A DNA stretch of 64,000 bases from Octopus vulgaris (lineage: Eukaryota): contig OX597819.1 in NCBI GenBank assembly GCA_951406725.2, positions 56,792,001 through 56,856,000 of the forward strand, in the 5' to 3' direction. The position numbers and the translations under genes are program-made. Numbering within the stretch: position 1 is the stretch's first letter; the number at the start of each line of letters is the position of its first letter. The notes below the pieces were generated by a model. The model had not been told where the DNA came from. It saw nothing but the letters and a program-made list of their open reading frames with translations, and did no database searches. Positions 27,685-42,560 of the stretch are shown piece by piece.

Positions 27685-29248
27685 TGTATGTATGTATGTA
27701 TGTATGTATGTATGTATGTATGTATGTATGTATGTATGTATGCATGTATGTATGTACGTATGCATGTTTGTGTGTATGCATTTACGGTTAATATTTTAAT
27801 GTACATAGATACACTACTAGTAAATCTAATTGAAAATTTATATGTCAGGGACTGCATGATCATTTTTCTATAAATCAGTCTTTTTAGTCCATGTCTAGGT
27901 GAAATAAGCAGAGGAGGAATAGGCTGATATATGCCTCAAATAATCATACATATTTATTGGAATATATGTCGGGGAATAAACAGACGTTTTCTCATATATC
28001 ACTTCGTCATCTGTTGGTGAAATAACGACAGATACTGGTTTAGTAAACGCAGTAAAGACTTAGTTGCTAATTTTAGCTTATAAATCCGTCGGAAAGCCAC
28101 AGATGTACGTGAAGTAATATGAACTGTGTCGAAAGATAGCAAAAATGCTTCCAGAGAGATACACGCGAGGAGATATCTAGTATCGAAGCCGAGGATACTC
28201 AAGCATATACACGTGTGTGTGTGTGTGTGTGTGTGTCTGTGCGTGTGTGTGTATGTATGTGTGTGCGTGTATTTGCGTGCTGTGCGTGTGTATGTGTGTC
28301 CCTACGTGTGTGGATATATATATATATATAACGATCTATCTATTTATCTATATACATATCTATGTGTGTATGTGTCCGCGCGCGCGTGTGTGTGTGAGTG
28401 TACTGTGCGTGTATGCCTCTGGATATATATATATATATATATATACATACATATACAGATATCCATATGTATATGCATCACCCGTTTTCGGGTGATTTAC
28501 ATTTATATTATTTCATGCAATATTACTAGGAAGATAAGCATGTTTTCATTACATTTCTATTGTTATTATATATATATTGCTAAACGTATTTGCGTATATT
28601 TTCCGCATTGACTCCCTCATTACGTATGTATTCAAGCATTCTTATCATAACCATCTTCATGAATCATATGGGATTGCATGTATATAAGTGAGTATGTATT
28701 TGTGAAGCGTGTATTCTCAATGGGTTTTGGCAACGCAGATTTTGCAAACAATCTTTTGTATTGAATTCAGCAGGTTAGAACTTACTACAATATGGAAGTC
28801 ATAAAAATGTTTCTGTCGAATGACAAAAAGCAAAAGTCACAGATAAAACATATGAGTATTAAGAAAAATTCTAAATATCACCTCTGAGATTGCAAAATTG
28901 ACAGGTGTTGCTGAGATGTAACTATCTGGTGAAGAAGCAATTCAATATAAGGTTTTGAAAGAATTTAAAAAAAATAATAATGATAGTAAAATAAACCATT
29001 GGTGAAACAGTTATCTCACTTCTAAAGAGAAAATACCAGCTATCTACACACATGCAGAGCAGCAGAGAACACACAAGCATATAAATACACATGCCTCTGT
29101 ATTTATACACGCAAGTACTTTTATACGTACACAGCAACAACCCGACATAAACACACACACACACAAAGGCGCTCGAACTCACATATATAATGGCGTGATT
29201 CTTACGCTGTATATAATTTAAGTGCTAGATACATCCAGCCACACGCAC

Positions 29249-29292
<44 letters not shown>

Positions 29293-29428
29293 GTATAAAG
29301 CAATTAGGTAACAAATAAATTTACATTACTTCGAGCTGTGTGGTTGATGTAGGACTGACATGGTGCCTCAACTTAAGTACCTAATTCAACTGAATCTTAA
29401 TTAATTCTAAACCTACATACATACATAC

Positions 29429-29466
<38 letters not shown>

Positions 29467-29475
29467 ATATATATA

Positions 29476-31073
29476 CAGCAGGTGGAAATAAATATTCGTA
29501 CGTGTCAAGATTCTTTATTTCATTTCTAATGAACATAAATGGGATATACCAATACTATATTTGCATACACATGCATAAACTAAGAATATGCAAAAGAAAC
29601 TAATACAGTATAGTAACTGAGGAATTTATATTCAATTATAAATATTTAGGGGTGAAAAAAGTATTCGTACAGAGCATAAATAACTGATAATTCTGATTTA
29701 ATACTTCGTAGTATAACCATTATTCAGTTCCACTTCAACCAATCTCTTCTTGTAGTTCTTAATCAACCACTCGCATGTTCCTTTAGGAATTTTTTCCCAT
29801 TTTCTGGACAAATTTTCTTCACATCTGCAATGCACGTTGGGGCGCTTGAATGAATTTTAATTTTCAAATAATGCCACAAATTTTCAATGTGGTTCAAGTC
29901 AGGTGACTGGCTTGTCCATTCTAATAATTTTATAGTGTGATCGACAATCCATTTTTTGGTAGATTTTGCCGTGTACTTAGGATCGTTATCCTGTTGTAAA
30001 ACCCACCCTTTACTAAGCTGGAGCTTTTCTACAGAGTCCCATAAATCATTGTTCAAAGTATTTTGGTACATCTCTGCATTCATTCTACCATCTATCACAT
30101 GTAAATTGCCAGTACCATTTGCAGAGAAACACCCCTACACCATGATGTTGCCACCTCCAAACTTTACGGTAGGAATTGTGATTTTCGGCGAATAGGCGGT
30201 ACCATATTCCCTCCGAACATGACTACGCGAATTTCGTCCAGACAATTCAACTTTCGACTCGTCTGTCCATAGAACATTTTCCCAGAATGTATCAGATTAA
30301 TCTTTATGTTCATAAGCAAATTTTAAACGGGCAGCTCTATGCTTTTTAGTCAACAGCAGAGTTTTTCTAGGAGAGCGTGATTTCAGTTCATTCCTATGAA
30401 GTTCATTGCTGATTGTTCGTAGTGTAACACTAGTCCCTGAAGCTAACAAATCTTCTTGCAACTCCTTTCTGGTAATCATTGCGTTTTGTCCGATTTTTCG
30501 CTTCATTTTTCTTAAAGATCTAGGGTAAATCTTGCGTGGTGCACCAGATCTTATGTTTTCAACAGTTCCCGATTTTTTAATATCTTTGAATAAATAAAGA
30601 TATGGTAGAAAATGGAATACAGAGGGTCTCTGATATTTTCCTGTAACTTTTACCTGCTTTCCATTGTTCAATAAATAAGTTTTTCACTGAATTTGTGAGT
30701 TCTTTACTTTTCGCCATTATTACCGTACTACTTTATGTTGTCTCAATGCTGAACGAAGGAGCAAGTGTTTTGACACTTAAAAATGACAATTGATAAGATT
30801 ATTGGAACAAGCTCTAGTAAAAAAAAAATTATTTAACAGTATTTTGTGGCACAGAAAATCATAAATTTATTCTGTACGAATACTTTTTTCACCCCTAAAT
30901 ATTTATAATTGTATTAACTAATTCCTTAGTTACTATAATTTATTAGTTTCTTTTGTATATTCTTAGTTTATGCATGTGTATGCAGATATAGTATTGGTAT
31001 ATCCCATTTATGTTCATTAGTAATTAAATAAATGCAGAATTGTGTCATGTACGAATATTTATTTCCCCCACTG
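29476..31073 (-). mobile_element. Full-length Tc1-family transposon with ~200-bp IR/DR inverted repeats
   Basis: TA|CAG...CTG|TA ends. TIRs 29476-29675 and ~30870-31073, each with outer and inner tattcgtac direct repeats. Confidence 0.95.
29698..30717 (-). pseudogene. Tc1 DD34E transposase, frameshifted
   Basis: MAKSKEL...SGAPRK...HRAARLKFA..H...WENVLWTDESK...TVKFGGGNIMV.GC...LQQDNDPKY...SPDLNHIENLW...GYTTKY*, spread over several frames. Confidence 0.92.
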
Positions 31074-31755
31074 TATATATAATATATATATATATCTTTG
31101 TGTCTATGTATATTTAAATATTCATGTATTCATTGAGTTGGAGAAACATCGTTCTAAAGTTGGAAATTTTATTTATATTGCAAAGATTTTAATCTGACAT
31201 CCTCTCCACAACAACGTAATTAGATGTCAGAAACTAGGGATGATATCATGTAGGGATTGTCACACAAGTGATCCTTCATATCATGAAAACTTGATTAAGA
31301 AAAGAATAGGAATAATTTGCAATGATTTCTCACCGTTGATACGTAAGAAATTCGTATTCCTTACTGTATGTTGCATCTTCAACAAGAGGGCGAATAAGAA
31401 ATATTAAATAAGAAAATTGCTTTTCTTGAAATATTGATTTCTTTGTGGAACCGAGAGAGTAAAATGATTAAAATTACAAAGCAAAGACAACAATTTGCTG
31501 GGATCTCATACCCGAATCTAATCAGCCAAGCAGCATCGTTTCTTTGTTGCCCATCTATTGAATCAACCATATTGCGTTTTGAACTCAAACACTCTAAATT
31601 ATATACAAGAATAAATAACAGCAAATACAGTTTTTCTAATTGCATACACAACGTGCAATAAATATATTAGATACAGAATATTTTAATTAACGGTTGGCTC
31701 ATTTAATGACCCCCACCACCGACACAGGAGATATGATGAAGGTAAGATACGCCTG

Positions 31756-31791
<36 letters not shown>

Positions 31792-32056
31792 GTACTAATG
31801 CTGCTGCTCCAATGCATTTACCCCTCCACTATACTATTACAGTCATCTCCATTTATATCTTCCTATAATAATTTCCATTATCATATGTACGTTGAATAGC
31901 ATTAATTTTGCCAACGCCTACTGTTATTAATTATAAAATTTCATCAAATTATAATGCAATTGCTTTGATCAGCATTTATATATTCCTTCATTGACATAAA
32001 GAAAAGTTAGGAAATTGTCAGTCATGATGACCAGTATACCTATTTTCAGTCAATAT

Positions 32057-32330
32057 TTTCAAAGTAATCTTCACATTATATTCATAATATATTTCTTACA
32101 TGATCCTTTACTTAATTAAGAATAACAGAGGTAGTACTGAAAAACAGAGAAACGATAGTACATACGCAAAAAATATAAGTTGGGTTTTAAGAAAGAGAAA
32201 ACATTTTGATGAGAAATTACGTAAAGATATATATAGGAGTAGGAGTTGCTGTGTTGTAAGTAGGTTGCTTACCAACCACATGGTTCCAGGTTCAGTCCCA
32301 CTGAACCTGGAACTATGTTTATCTTAAATA

Positions 32331-32392
<62 letters not shown>

Positions 32393-32782
32393 TGTATGTG
32401 TGTATTTGTGTGTCTGTGTTTGTCCCCCCAACATCGTTTGATAACCGATGCTGGTGTGTTTACGTCCCCGTAACTTAGCGGTTCGGCAAAAGAGACCGAT
32501 AGAATAAGTACTAGGCTTACAAAGAATGAGTCCTAGGGTCGATTTGCTCGACTAAAGGCGGTGCTCCAGCATGGCCACAGTCACATGACTGAAACAAGTA
32601 AAAGAGTCTATATGAGTTCTCATCGAGATGTTTTCTCTTTCTTAAAACCCAACCTAAGTGTCTAAATTTTTGCGTATGTACTATCGTTTCTCTGGTTTTC
32701 AGTACTACCTCTGTTATTCTGAATTAAGTAAAGAATCATGTAAGAAATATATTACGCATATAATGTGAAGATTACTTTGAAA
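32057..32782. repeat. ~160-bp inverted duplication flanking a SINE
   Basis: 32057-32215 is the reverse complement of 32617-32782 with a few substitutions and indels. Confidence 0.92.
32235..32606 (+). mobile_element. SINE family A with internal deletion and fold-back
   Basis: Head folds back (ggttccaggttcagt-ccc-actgaacctggaact), then (TA)n and an intact 3' half. Confidence 0.88.
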
Positions 32783-33950
32783 TTAGGATGGTTACTATGA
32801 AAGTTAATATATTCTAAATTATTGTTGGGTTTATGATACCAGTAACAAGGTTCAGATTAACTTCCAGGTAATTAATTCGGAATTTTGAATCTTTTTAGTG
32901 CATATTCTTGTAGTTACTGTAAAATACATCATTGTATTAGTAATTTAATATTAAATACAGATTGCCAAATAAGATGTCTTCATTATCCTAAATAACTATG
33001 CGTATAAAGGCATTCATTAATTGACTGATGATAATTACAACAAGAATGATAATAATGAGAAAAATAAATAAATAGTTTTATTTCAATTACTAACTAAATT
33101 TAATAACCACAATATTTATTATTATGGTATTGTATAATTTATAACTTGTATTCTTATTGCAACAATATTTTGTTATTTATGAAAGAATTAATAAAATTTG
33201 GATATATACTATATATGGTCATTTAATTAAAAATACTAATACTGTTTTTGTTCATATTACTTAATTTTTATTTACTGAGTTCTCCCTTACATAACATACG
33301 AATAATAATTCTTATTTAATTATCTTCAAATCTGATTACTTCTAAAAAACCTAGTAATATTTTGATATCCACTATTATAACCAAAAACTATATCTATGGG
33401 GTGTTTAGGTTATAGTGTTTGTAATTCTAAATCTATCTTCATTATTACGGAATTCTCCCTACGATAAATTAAGTAAACAATTTTTTGGTAGGTTTCTATT
33501 CATATTTCATTATGTAATTCTCCTTCCGATAACCAATAAATAAAAAACATTTTCTTTTAGTTATTTTAAACAATCTTTTATATATAGATAACTTTAGATA
33601 AATAGAAAGAGTTAATATATATTAAAAATATAAGTATCATTTATAAGTTTTACACATTTTACTACAGTGTCTAGATTAAGACCCTCATACTTAATTATAT
33701 ACATACATATTTATTGTTGTATGTTATTATAATAGCGAAAGATGGTCTTCGACATAAACGTGTTTGGTTTAAAATTATTTGAGATACATAGAAGGCTATT
33801 AATAGTAGTAATGAATAATTATTAGGTAGTTGGGACTACGCAGTTAATTCATAGAAGCAGCCACTTGTATTTTAATTTTTCTAACTTACTGTTTTAAAGT
33901 TATGTTAGGTTATATTATATATAATCTTATGAATTGAATTCTGTTCTTAT
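32783..33950 (+). pseudogene. Possible highly decayed mitochondrial-derived segment (cox2 3' end, trnD, atp8, cob 5' half)
   Basis: Very AT-rich. Short motifs appear in the expected order (see findings) with no continuous frame. By-eye similarity only. Confidence 0.4.
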
Positions 33951-33966
33951 GTTCTATATATGCGTC

Positions 33967-33968
<2 letters not shown>

Positions 33969-34028
<60 letters not shown>

Positions 34029-34040
34029 TACTACTACTAC

Positions 34041-34079
<39 letters not shown>

Positions 34080-34094
34080 TACTACTACTACTAC

Positions 34095-34128
<34 letters not shown>
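33969..34128. repeat. (ATT)n/(ACT)n compound microsatellite
   Basis: Direct observation. Confidence 0.95.
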
Positions 34129-34174
34129 GCTATTAATTATGTATATGAAAATGTTTATTAAAATTTTATATATC

Positions 34175-34498
34175 TGGCTTAGTCATTTGAGCGTCGAGCT
34201 TGCGATCACGAGGTTGTGAGTTCGAATTCCGGACCAGGCTGCGTGGTGTGTTCTTGAGCAAGACACTTTATTTCACGTTGCTCCAGTTCACTCAGCTGTA
34301 GAAATGAGTTGCGACGTCATTGGTGCCAAGCTGTATCGGCCTTTACCTTTCCCTTGGATAACACTGGTGGCGTGGAGAGAGGAGGCTGGTATGCATGGGT
34401 GACTGCTGGTCTCCCATAAACAACCTTGCCCGGACTTATGCCTGGGAGGGTAACTTTCTAGGTGCAATCCCTTGGTTATTCATGACCGATGGGGTCTC
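34175..34498 (+). mobile_element. tRNA-derived SINE family D
   Basis: A box tggcttagtc, B box gagttcgaatt, core shared with family C and a different 3' body. Confidence 0.8.
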
Positions 34499-34527
34499 AG
34501 CACGCACACACACACACACACACACAG

Positions 34528-34565
<38 letters not shown>

Positions 34566-34639
34566 TTATGTATTAAGTGCGTGGTCTTCTGTTATCAAAA
34601 GCATAAACACACAGATGCGCAGCTTTGTGTGCAGCTCTA

Positions 34640-34682
<43 letters not shown>

Positions 34683-36830
34683 GTCTATCTGTTTATCTGG
34701 GCATTCATGCGCAGGTGTCGGTGTATGCGCGCTCGTATCTGTTCGTATCAAATAAGGATCTATGTTATCCAAGCAATTGACGCACCAGCATTCCAGCATG
34801 TAGTTGGCTTACGAACAACGATGATACTGACAATCTATCATACAATCAATCAAACAAATAAACGAAAGATTAACAGCTATTTTATATTAAGCATTCTATA
34901 AATCCACTGTATGTAGGAAAAATACACTATAAATTTATCGTGTTTTAACTATCGTAATAAGAATATAAGAATGATATATAGTGTGTTTTCCATAGAACGT
35001 GCATTTATTTGCTCAGTAAGGTAGGATATAATTGTAATACAAACCGGACCATTTCATCAGACATCTAATTACAATTGACAGATGTACTGAACTGTGAGAA
35101 ATTACATAATGCATTTCAAAAAGGATGTTTAGAAAAAATATAGGCTTTCCTAAGATTACCAACCGTTGGAACGTCTGTAGCGTATGAATGTATCGTCGGC
35201 AGGCAGTTGGAGTTTCTATTTTAAATCTATATTATTTTATCATTGCCTTAATTGCATGCCCGGTGTTTATGTTGCCTCTAAATAATTTATTATTTCCGTT
35301 TACCTTGAATGTAATTTTGAATGGAATTTATAAAAAATACTAAAGAATTATTTTTGAGCTTTCCCAAGTCATATTATTTGCTGTTTCAGGATACGGTTGC
35401 ACTATTGTCTATGTAGTTCAATTGTGATAGCTGTTATATGCTTCACTCAGTGCGAAAAGTATATAAACTGACCAAATCTGAACATGTATACCCTGTAACT
35501 ATTCCTGGCATTCATTTGGCCATACATTGTATTAGATATTGAAAAATATTTTTGTCTAAAACTTAAAAACCGTCCATGTAAATGCGTTTAGAAGTGGATG
35601 GGAAGCATTCTTCAAGACCTAGTGTGAATCCACACCTGGATTTGTCTTCGTTATTGAAATACTACATAATTGTGTAACTTGCATTTCCATATTGTCGATT
35701 TTGTCATATTTCAACCATAAATTACATATGTGGATTCTAGTCCATTGAGGCTATCATTATGTGAACATAGCTCCAGCCAAACGACCGAGATAATCTGGAG
35801 CATTACAGGCAACGTTAGCAAGCGCATAAGGGAAATATTTAACAAATAGGCCATTTACTACTTCCCTCGAAACATTACTAAATCTTCCATACATATGTCA
35901 AGGCTAAACACACAACTATAGAATGCAAATAACTAGAAGTATTTAGGCTAAATAAAAATCCTATGATCTCAGAAGACAGTTTGTATTTAATATCTATTCA
36001 ACCGAGAACACTTTAAAAATTTCGTACGCATATTACACTTATTTGTTCTGACCAGGGAGCAACAAGGATGTATTTAAAAATACATTTGGCATTTTAGAGT
36101 CAGAGAAAAACAGCAATCCCACACAAGCTTTGCAGAGGCGAAGGTATATTTTGGCTGATTTATTTATTTCCACTGATAAATGATCGAAAAACGTTAGTTT
36201 GTAATACTGCCGGAATATAACCTGAATTTGATAGAGCTAATTTTATCTTCTTTGACACCTAGGTTCCTGAAGAAAATACAAAGATTCATCTGGAATCTGT
36301 AGGTGAAGTTTCGGTTGCGGGTTTTGAGATCTATCTAAAGAAAGATAACTTCCAGTCTTGTAAGAATATTGATGGCACCGTGACTTTTAAATTTTAAACT
36401 GGTTACATCAACAGATGACATTTGCCATACCGAAAAATTCGATACTCAATATTTATAGTAAAATTATGTTTTAGTAAATAAAGTACAATAGTATAAACTT
36501 CAGGTGAAAATGTAATTCTCGTATCTATTTGGGTTTCCTTGAACATTTTCAGTTGCATATGACTGTATTTACATGTGGTTCAAGTGGTCAGTGTTAACTA
36601 CAAAAACTGTCAGATTTAGGAATGTTTTTCCCTTTCAGATCATTACACATAAAAATATCCCACTTCAGCACCAAATATTTCGTGACAGAATGATTAACAG
36701 CGTCTGGTATTTGCTTAATATATGTATATATGTATGATATAATCTAATCTAGTGTCGTCTCTCACCCTCTCTTTCTTTCCATCTGTCTATCTGTCTATAC
36801 CCCTCCCCCTTTATATATATATATATGCGT

Positions 36831-36875
<45 letters not shown>

Positions 36876-36879
<4 letters not shown>

Positions 36880-37016
36880 TATGTTTGTCCCCACCCACCA
36901 TCGCTTGACAACCAATGCTAATGTGTTTAGGTCGCCGTAACTACGCGGTTCGGCAAAAGGGACCGATTGAATAAGTAATAGGCTTACAAAGAATAAGTTC
37001 TGGAGTCGATTTGTTC

Positions 37017-37020
<4 letters not shown>
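36876..37020 (+). mobile_element. SINE family A, 3' fragment
   Basis: tttgtcccc..catcgcttgacaacc..gcggttcggcaaaag..gtcgatttgttcgact. Confidence 0.85.
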
Positions 37021-37059
<39 letters not shown>

Positions 37060-37683
37060 TGTGTGTGTGTGTGTGCGTGTGTGTGTGTGTGGCCGTAGGC
37101 TCATGTGTTTGTAAGTGTGAATGTGTGGCCCCGAAAAGAGTAGTGTAGACGAAGTACATGATCGTAGATATACAATTTATAAGAGGTTATAGATATTTTG
37201 TAAAATAATTGTGAAACTAAACCGTATAGAAATACTGTTGTGTACAAGAGACAAAATCCGATCAATTTCATTTTCAACTTTGTTGCGCCTAATAGATTTC
37301 ATAGTATAGATATCGATAAAGCATTTCAATGTGCACCATGTTTTAGACCTTCTACTTAAACAATACGAATAAATACATTCTGTATCAAGAGGAAATACTA
37401 GTCCTCCTACGAAAACATTTGAATACCATGATCCAGCGTGTAAAAGTCCATCGTTGGATCTCTCAGAACCACATAGTTAACATGATATATATTGATATAT
37501 ATCTTCATGGTTCCCTCAAAGATATAGCTTTCAGTGCACTTCGACTAACAGTTGTTGACTAATCTAATGAAACTGACTTCATTATTTCTGTTCGTTTCTC
37601 ATTCATCAAAATATAAATAATTTTGTGAGCATATGCATGTATTTGTATACGTTTGCTTTGGTATAAATAAGCGTGTCAATGTA

Positions 37684-38034
<351 letters not shown>

Positions 38035-38399
38035 CATATCGACCATCGCAATCTTAATTGAAAAGATCTACTCATCAATAATACCTGGTTAATTGAAATA
38101 ATGTACGCAGCTGCTTTAGTGGTTGGAAATGAAAACTGAGTATTCCATAAATAGGAATGTCAACGCTTAAGCATACAACATAGAAAAAAAAACGAGGAAA
38201 TAGTATAGAAAATAAGAAAAAGAAATATTTAATCCTTAACGAAATCAATAATGCAACATAACTGAAATAGGAAATAAATACTACAGAAAAATATTGAGAA
38301 GCAAGATGTACAGGAAATGAAAGAATACTTACTATGAGTGTTCCCTGCCAAATTGCAAAGAATCTTTATGAAAAACGCCAACGATATTCTGAACACAAT

Positions 38400-38500
38400 A
38401 GCATGATTTTCATCCAAAATAGTTGTATCTAGGTGTAGCGTGATTTTCATCCAAAATCTAGTTGTAGCATGATATTCATCCAACATAGTTGTATCTAGAA
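38400..38500. repeat. Three-copy ~30-37-bp tandem repeat
   Basis: agcatgattttcatccaaaatagttgta, three imperfect copies. Confidence 0.85.
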
Positions 38501-39544
38501 TCTAGCATAAGTAAAATAGATGTCAATACAGCACCAAGAGCAAGTTCAGTAATTGTAGCGAAGGAATCACGGCAGAAATGATTGGTCAAAACAGGGAAGA
38601 CAGTAAGGTGTTGGCGGTGCATACTGAGTAATATTTGAAAAAAATATTTGTGACAATATTTGTTTACTACCTAACGAAAACCTCAATCAACTTAGCAACT
38701 GGCCTTCTCTAAATACATTCAAATCACCATAACATATTCAGAACTCTCTTCCAGAAAAACTCCGTTCTCATACAGTATTAAGGAAAAAAAGAAAAGAAAT
38801 TTATTTGGGGCAAAATGATTAAGACAAAGTAAAGTAAATTTGCCACTTAAATACTCCAGAACTGCGCTTGGAAAAACAGGGATTATACAAATCAATCTCC
38901 ATCGTTATACATCAGTAATGTCAGAAATGCAACAAAAATTTTAAATATCTAGGTTAAATAAAAGAGGATCATGGAACATAATATAAAATTAACGAAAGTA
39001 GACTAAATACAAAACTTAAACATAAATATTCTGCATAACTTCCCGCTCTGCTGGATGGTTCTCTTCTTGATATATTTACGCATCAGGCTTTTAAAAAAGA
39101 AAAAAAGTGAAATTACTGAAATTAGCCATTACTCATTTACCACACTTACCTATTTCGCACAAACCCCTATTTTAAAAATTGTAGGTAATCATAGCAGAAG
39201 CAACACAGTACAGATAATAATGTAAATATCTATACCAATCTAACTAGTCATCCATCCACCCTCTCTGTCTGTTTACTGTCTGTCTTGTAATATGTATATA
39301 CAGACACACACATTTACATAGAGACAGACAGGAAGATAGCTCAAAATTTCTCAGCAGAGATGGTTAGAATGTTACTGACGTGCGGTAAATACTAGGTGAC
39401 TGTTTATCTCGTGGAATAACATCTTAATCATCCCCCAAATTAATGAAAAAACAAGTCTTAAGAAAATACAAAATTGTACAATACGTTACTACAAATTGAA
39501 AACAACGGCAAAACTTAACTCCAATAATGTCGCAGAGGGTCAAC

Positions 39545-39965
39545 AGGAGTAGTGTGGCTGTGTGGTATGTAGCTTGCTTACCGACCACATGGTCACGGGT
39601 TCAGTCCCACCGCGTGGCATCTTGGGCAAGGGTCTTCTACTATAGCCTCAGGCCGACCAAAGCCTTGTGAGTGGATTTGGTAGACGGAAACTGGAAGAAG
39701 CCCGTCGTATATATATATATAGATATATACATATAAGCTTGTATGTGTGTGTGTAGTTGTGTGTCTGTGGTTGTCCCGCCAACGTCGCTTGATAACCGAT
39801 GCTGGTGTGTTTATGTGCCCGTAACTTAGTGGTTCGGCAAAAGAGACCGATAGAATAAGTACTAGGCTTATAAAGAATAAGCTCTGGGGCTAATGTGCTC
39901 GATAAGGGCGGTGGTGCTCCAGCATGACCGCAGTCAAATGACTGAAATAAGTAAGAGAACAAAAA
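39545..39965 (+). mobile_element. SINE family A, full length
   Basis: Matches 10612-11042 along its length. Confidence 0.9.
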
Positions 39966-40559
39966 GAACAAGAACAGATATTTAATAAAAAGTATTTTCA
40001 GCAGAGCAGAAGGGTTGCATATAAGATTCAAATGGTTGAAAAGATCAATCATTCATCAACGAGTGTATAACTACAGATTGCTGGACAACAGAATGGTTTG
40101 AGTAAGACATGCGTTGATTTCTGGATTTTGCAGCATATTATACGCACATTTCTCAATTAGGCACCAAGTCAACAATGTATGGCAAAGAGTTGCACCTCCC
40201 TGCAAATTGACTGATAATTAATCAAACCTGTTTTTCAAGCTACAGATTTTATAGAAGTCACTTTATATGACTTTCTATGATAAATTGATTGAAAAATATA
40301 TGACAGGATCCCCAATTAAAGATTGCTTGAAAACGCTTGGCATTTATAGAGGTAATAGAGAATATTGTTGATACAGGAGATTTTGGTCAAATCCATCATT
40401 ATTTCTTTCACAACTGATGCAACAATAAAATATAACTGACGTGATTAAATAGGGTAGAATAAAATCATTGGTTACACTGGTAAATCAAAATATAGAAAAT
40501 GTTGCGTACCAAACGCATTAGATGTACCTATTATCTCACATACATACATATATATATAT

Positions 40560-40602
<43 letters not shown>

Positions 40603-41063
40603 AGGATGTAATTTCGTTGTAGGGGATATTTGTCTTAAAATCCGGATGTCAGCTGGTGTTATCAAATATATTGAGGGAAAGTTCCGCAATATATATATAT
40701 GGATGAACTGTTCAATAATATGTAAAATTTATATAATATATTATATAATATATAAGAAAATGGAGGAGAAATATAGTGGACACTTAGTTAATTTTACTTG
40801 TATCACGATGAAAAAAAGTAATGCGCATAAGATTTGAGATTTAAAGGAACAGAATCAACAAAAGAAATACTTTAAAAAAAATAAGCAGAAAAGAATCCTA
40901 CATATTTTTCAATCAGGTCATTCGGTTCATATCATCACCATTTAAGCAATATTAGATGTAAAATAACCCCACATTATGAGTGGTACGCAACGAAATAAGT
41001 AAGATGAAGACCGTATTTTCAAATGTTCAAATACCGTAAACACTACATACATACATACATACA

Positions 41064-41095
<32 letters not shown>

Positions 41096-41112
41096 CATAT
41101 ATGCATGTGTGC

Positions 41113-41159
<47 letters not shown>

Positions 41160-42179
41160 CATGCATATGTATATATATATGCATGTGTGCATGTATTTAT
41201 ATATATGTATGTATACATATATATATATATATAGCTCACTCTTAGTTTAGCTGAATGTGTAGAATATAATGCGCTGTCAGTAGATTCAAAGAACGGATCC
41301 ACTTCGATCTTCATAATTAATACTGTTTAAAAATTCGATGAACTGATCTTAGTCAATTTATCTCCCTTCCTTCTGAAAAGGAAGCTTGAGCGTAAGAAAT
41401 TACACCATGATATTATACAAATGTAAAGACTTACCACTTTTGTATTTAATATGTATTACATACCCTTGGGCTATTTCAACAACACCAGTGCTAAAACGAC
41501 GTCGATGTAATGGGCTACCACCTCTACATCATATTCCAGGCCTGGTGTCTATAGGAGAAAGATGTATCGCAGTTATCAGCCTTGACTGACCCTTTTCGAT
41601 CTTAAACTGCTGCATGAATTTTATTCGCTTAGTAATCGCTCGAATAACCCCAATTTTTCGGACATTTGAAACTCTATAATTCATAACTCTTACCTTACTG
41701 TAGAAGCTAATATATGTTTCTACCTAAAAGCCATGATACAAATAAATCGACGTCTATCATATCCAGTTGTCGCTTTTTTTTAAAGTAAAGGCCATGTTAT
41801 TGAAATCTCCGACAAACGTTTAAAATCATATTTCAATCTTAGACAGAAAGAAAATACGAGAAAATATATTAGAGTAAAACATGCGATCCAAAACAATTAT
41901 TCTCTAGAAATCAATCCCATAAAACTAATATAATTTTAAAGCTTAAAATTAAAGTTACAGTTGAAACAAATGAATTTTCAATTCAGCTGGTGAAATTTAC
42001 AGATCTGCAATCATTGTTAACTTTAGGCCTAAAAAATGAACCAAGCACATCTCGAATCGAGTCAGGATCATCATTTTAAAGTATTGTATGCTGGAATCAT
42101 TAAAACCAAATTAGATAAAGATAATTAGGTTTAATACTTTGGCAAGTGGATAAAATTTGACTATAATTTGGGTATCTTC

Positions 42180-42560
42180 ACTCATGAGCGAAACGAAGAC
42201 TTTTCTGAAATTGCAAAGTCGTAACGATTTACACTGGCTGGTGTAGAAACAAAGAACTGCTTAGGAAATAGTAGCTTTCGACTAAATCAATCACAGTGGA
42301 AAAGAAATGGGAAGAAAAGAAATTTCCAAATACCTGGGGATTAACAAAATCGAATTAATGCAACATGCCAAAATCATAGTGTTAATTCAAAAGGGATATA
42401 TCGGACAGACGATAATGAAATTAGCTAAAAGAAATATCAAGTAGAAGCAATACAGGCATTATATGTGACGGCCTTAAGCGCGAGCTTCAGTTTGAAGAAT
42501 AGAAATCTGCTAAGATTTTAGAACCAGACACGTAAAAGAAAATTCCAAACTACATCAGCC
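42180..42560 (+). pseudogene. Ancient R4/Dong-like RT fragment
   Basis: KYLGINKIELMQHAK...KGYI motif following RT domain 7. Heavily decayed. Confidence 0.35.
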
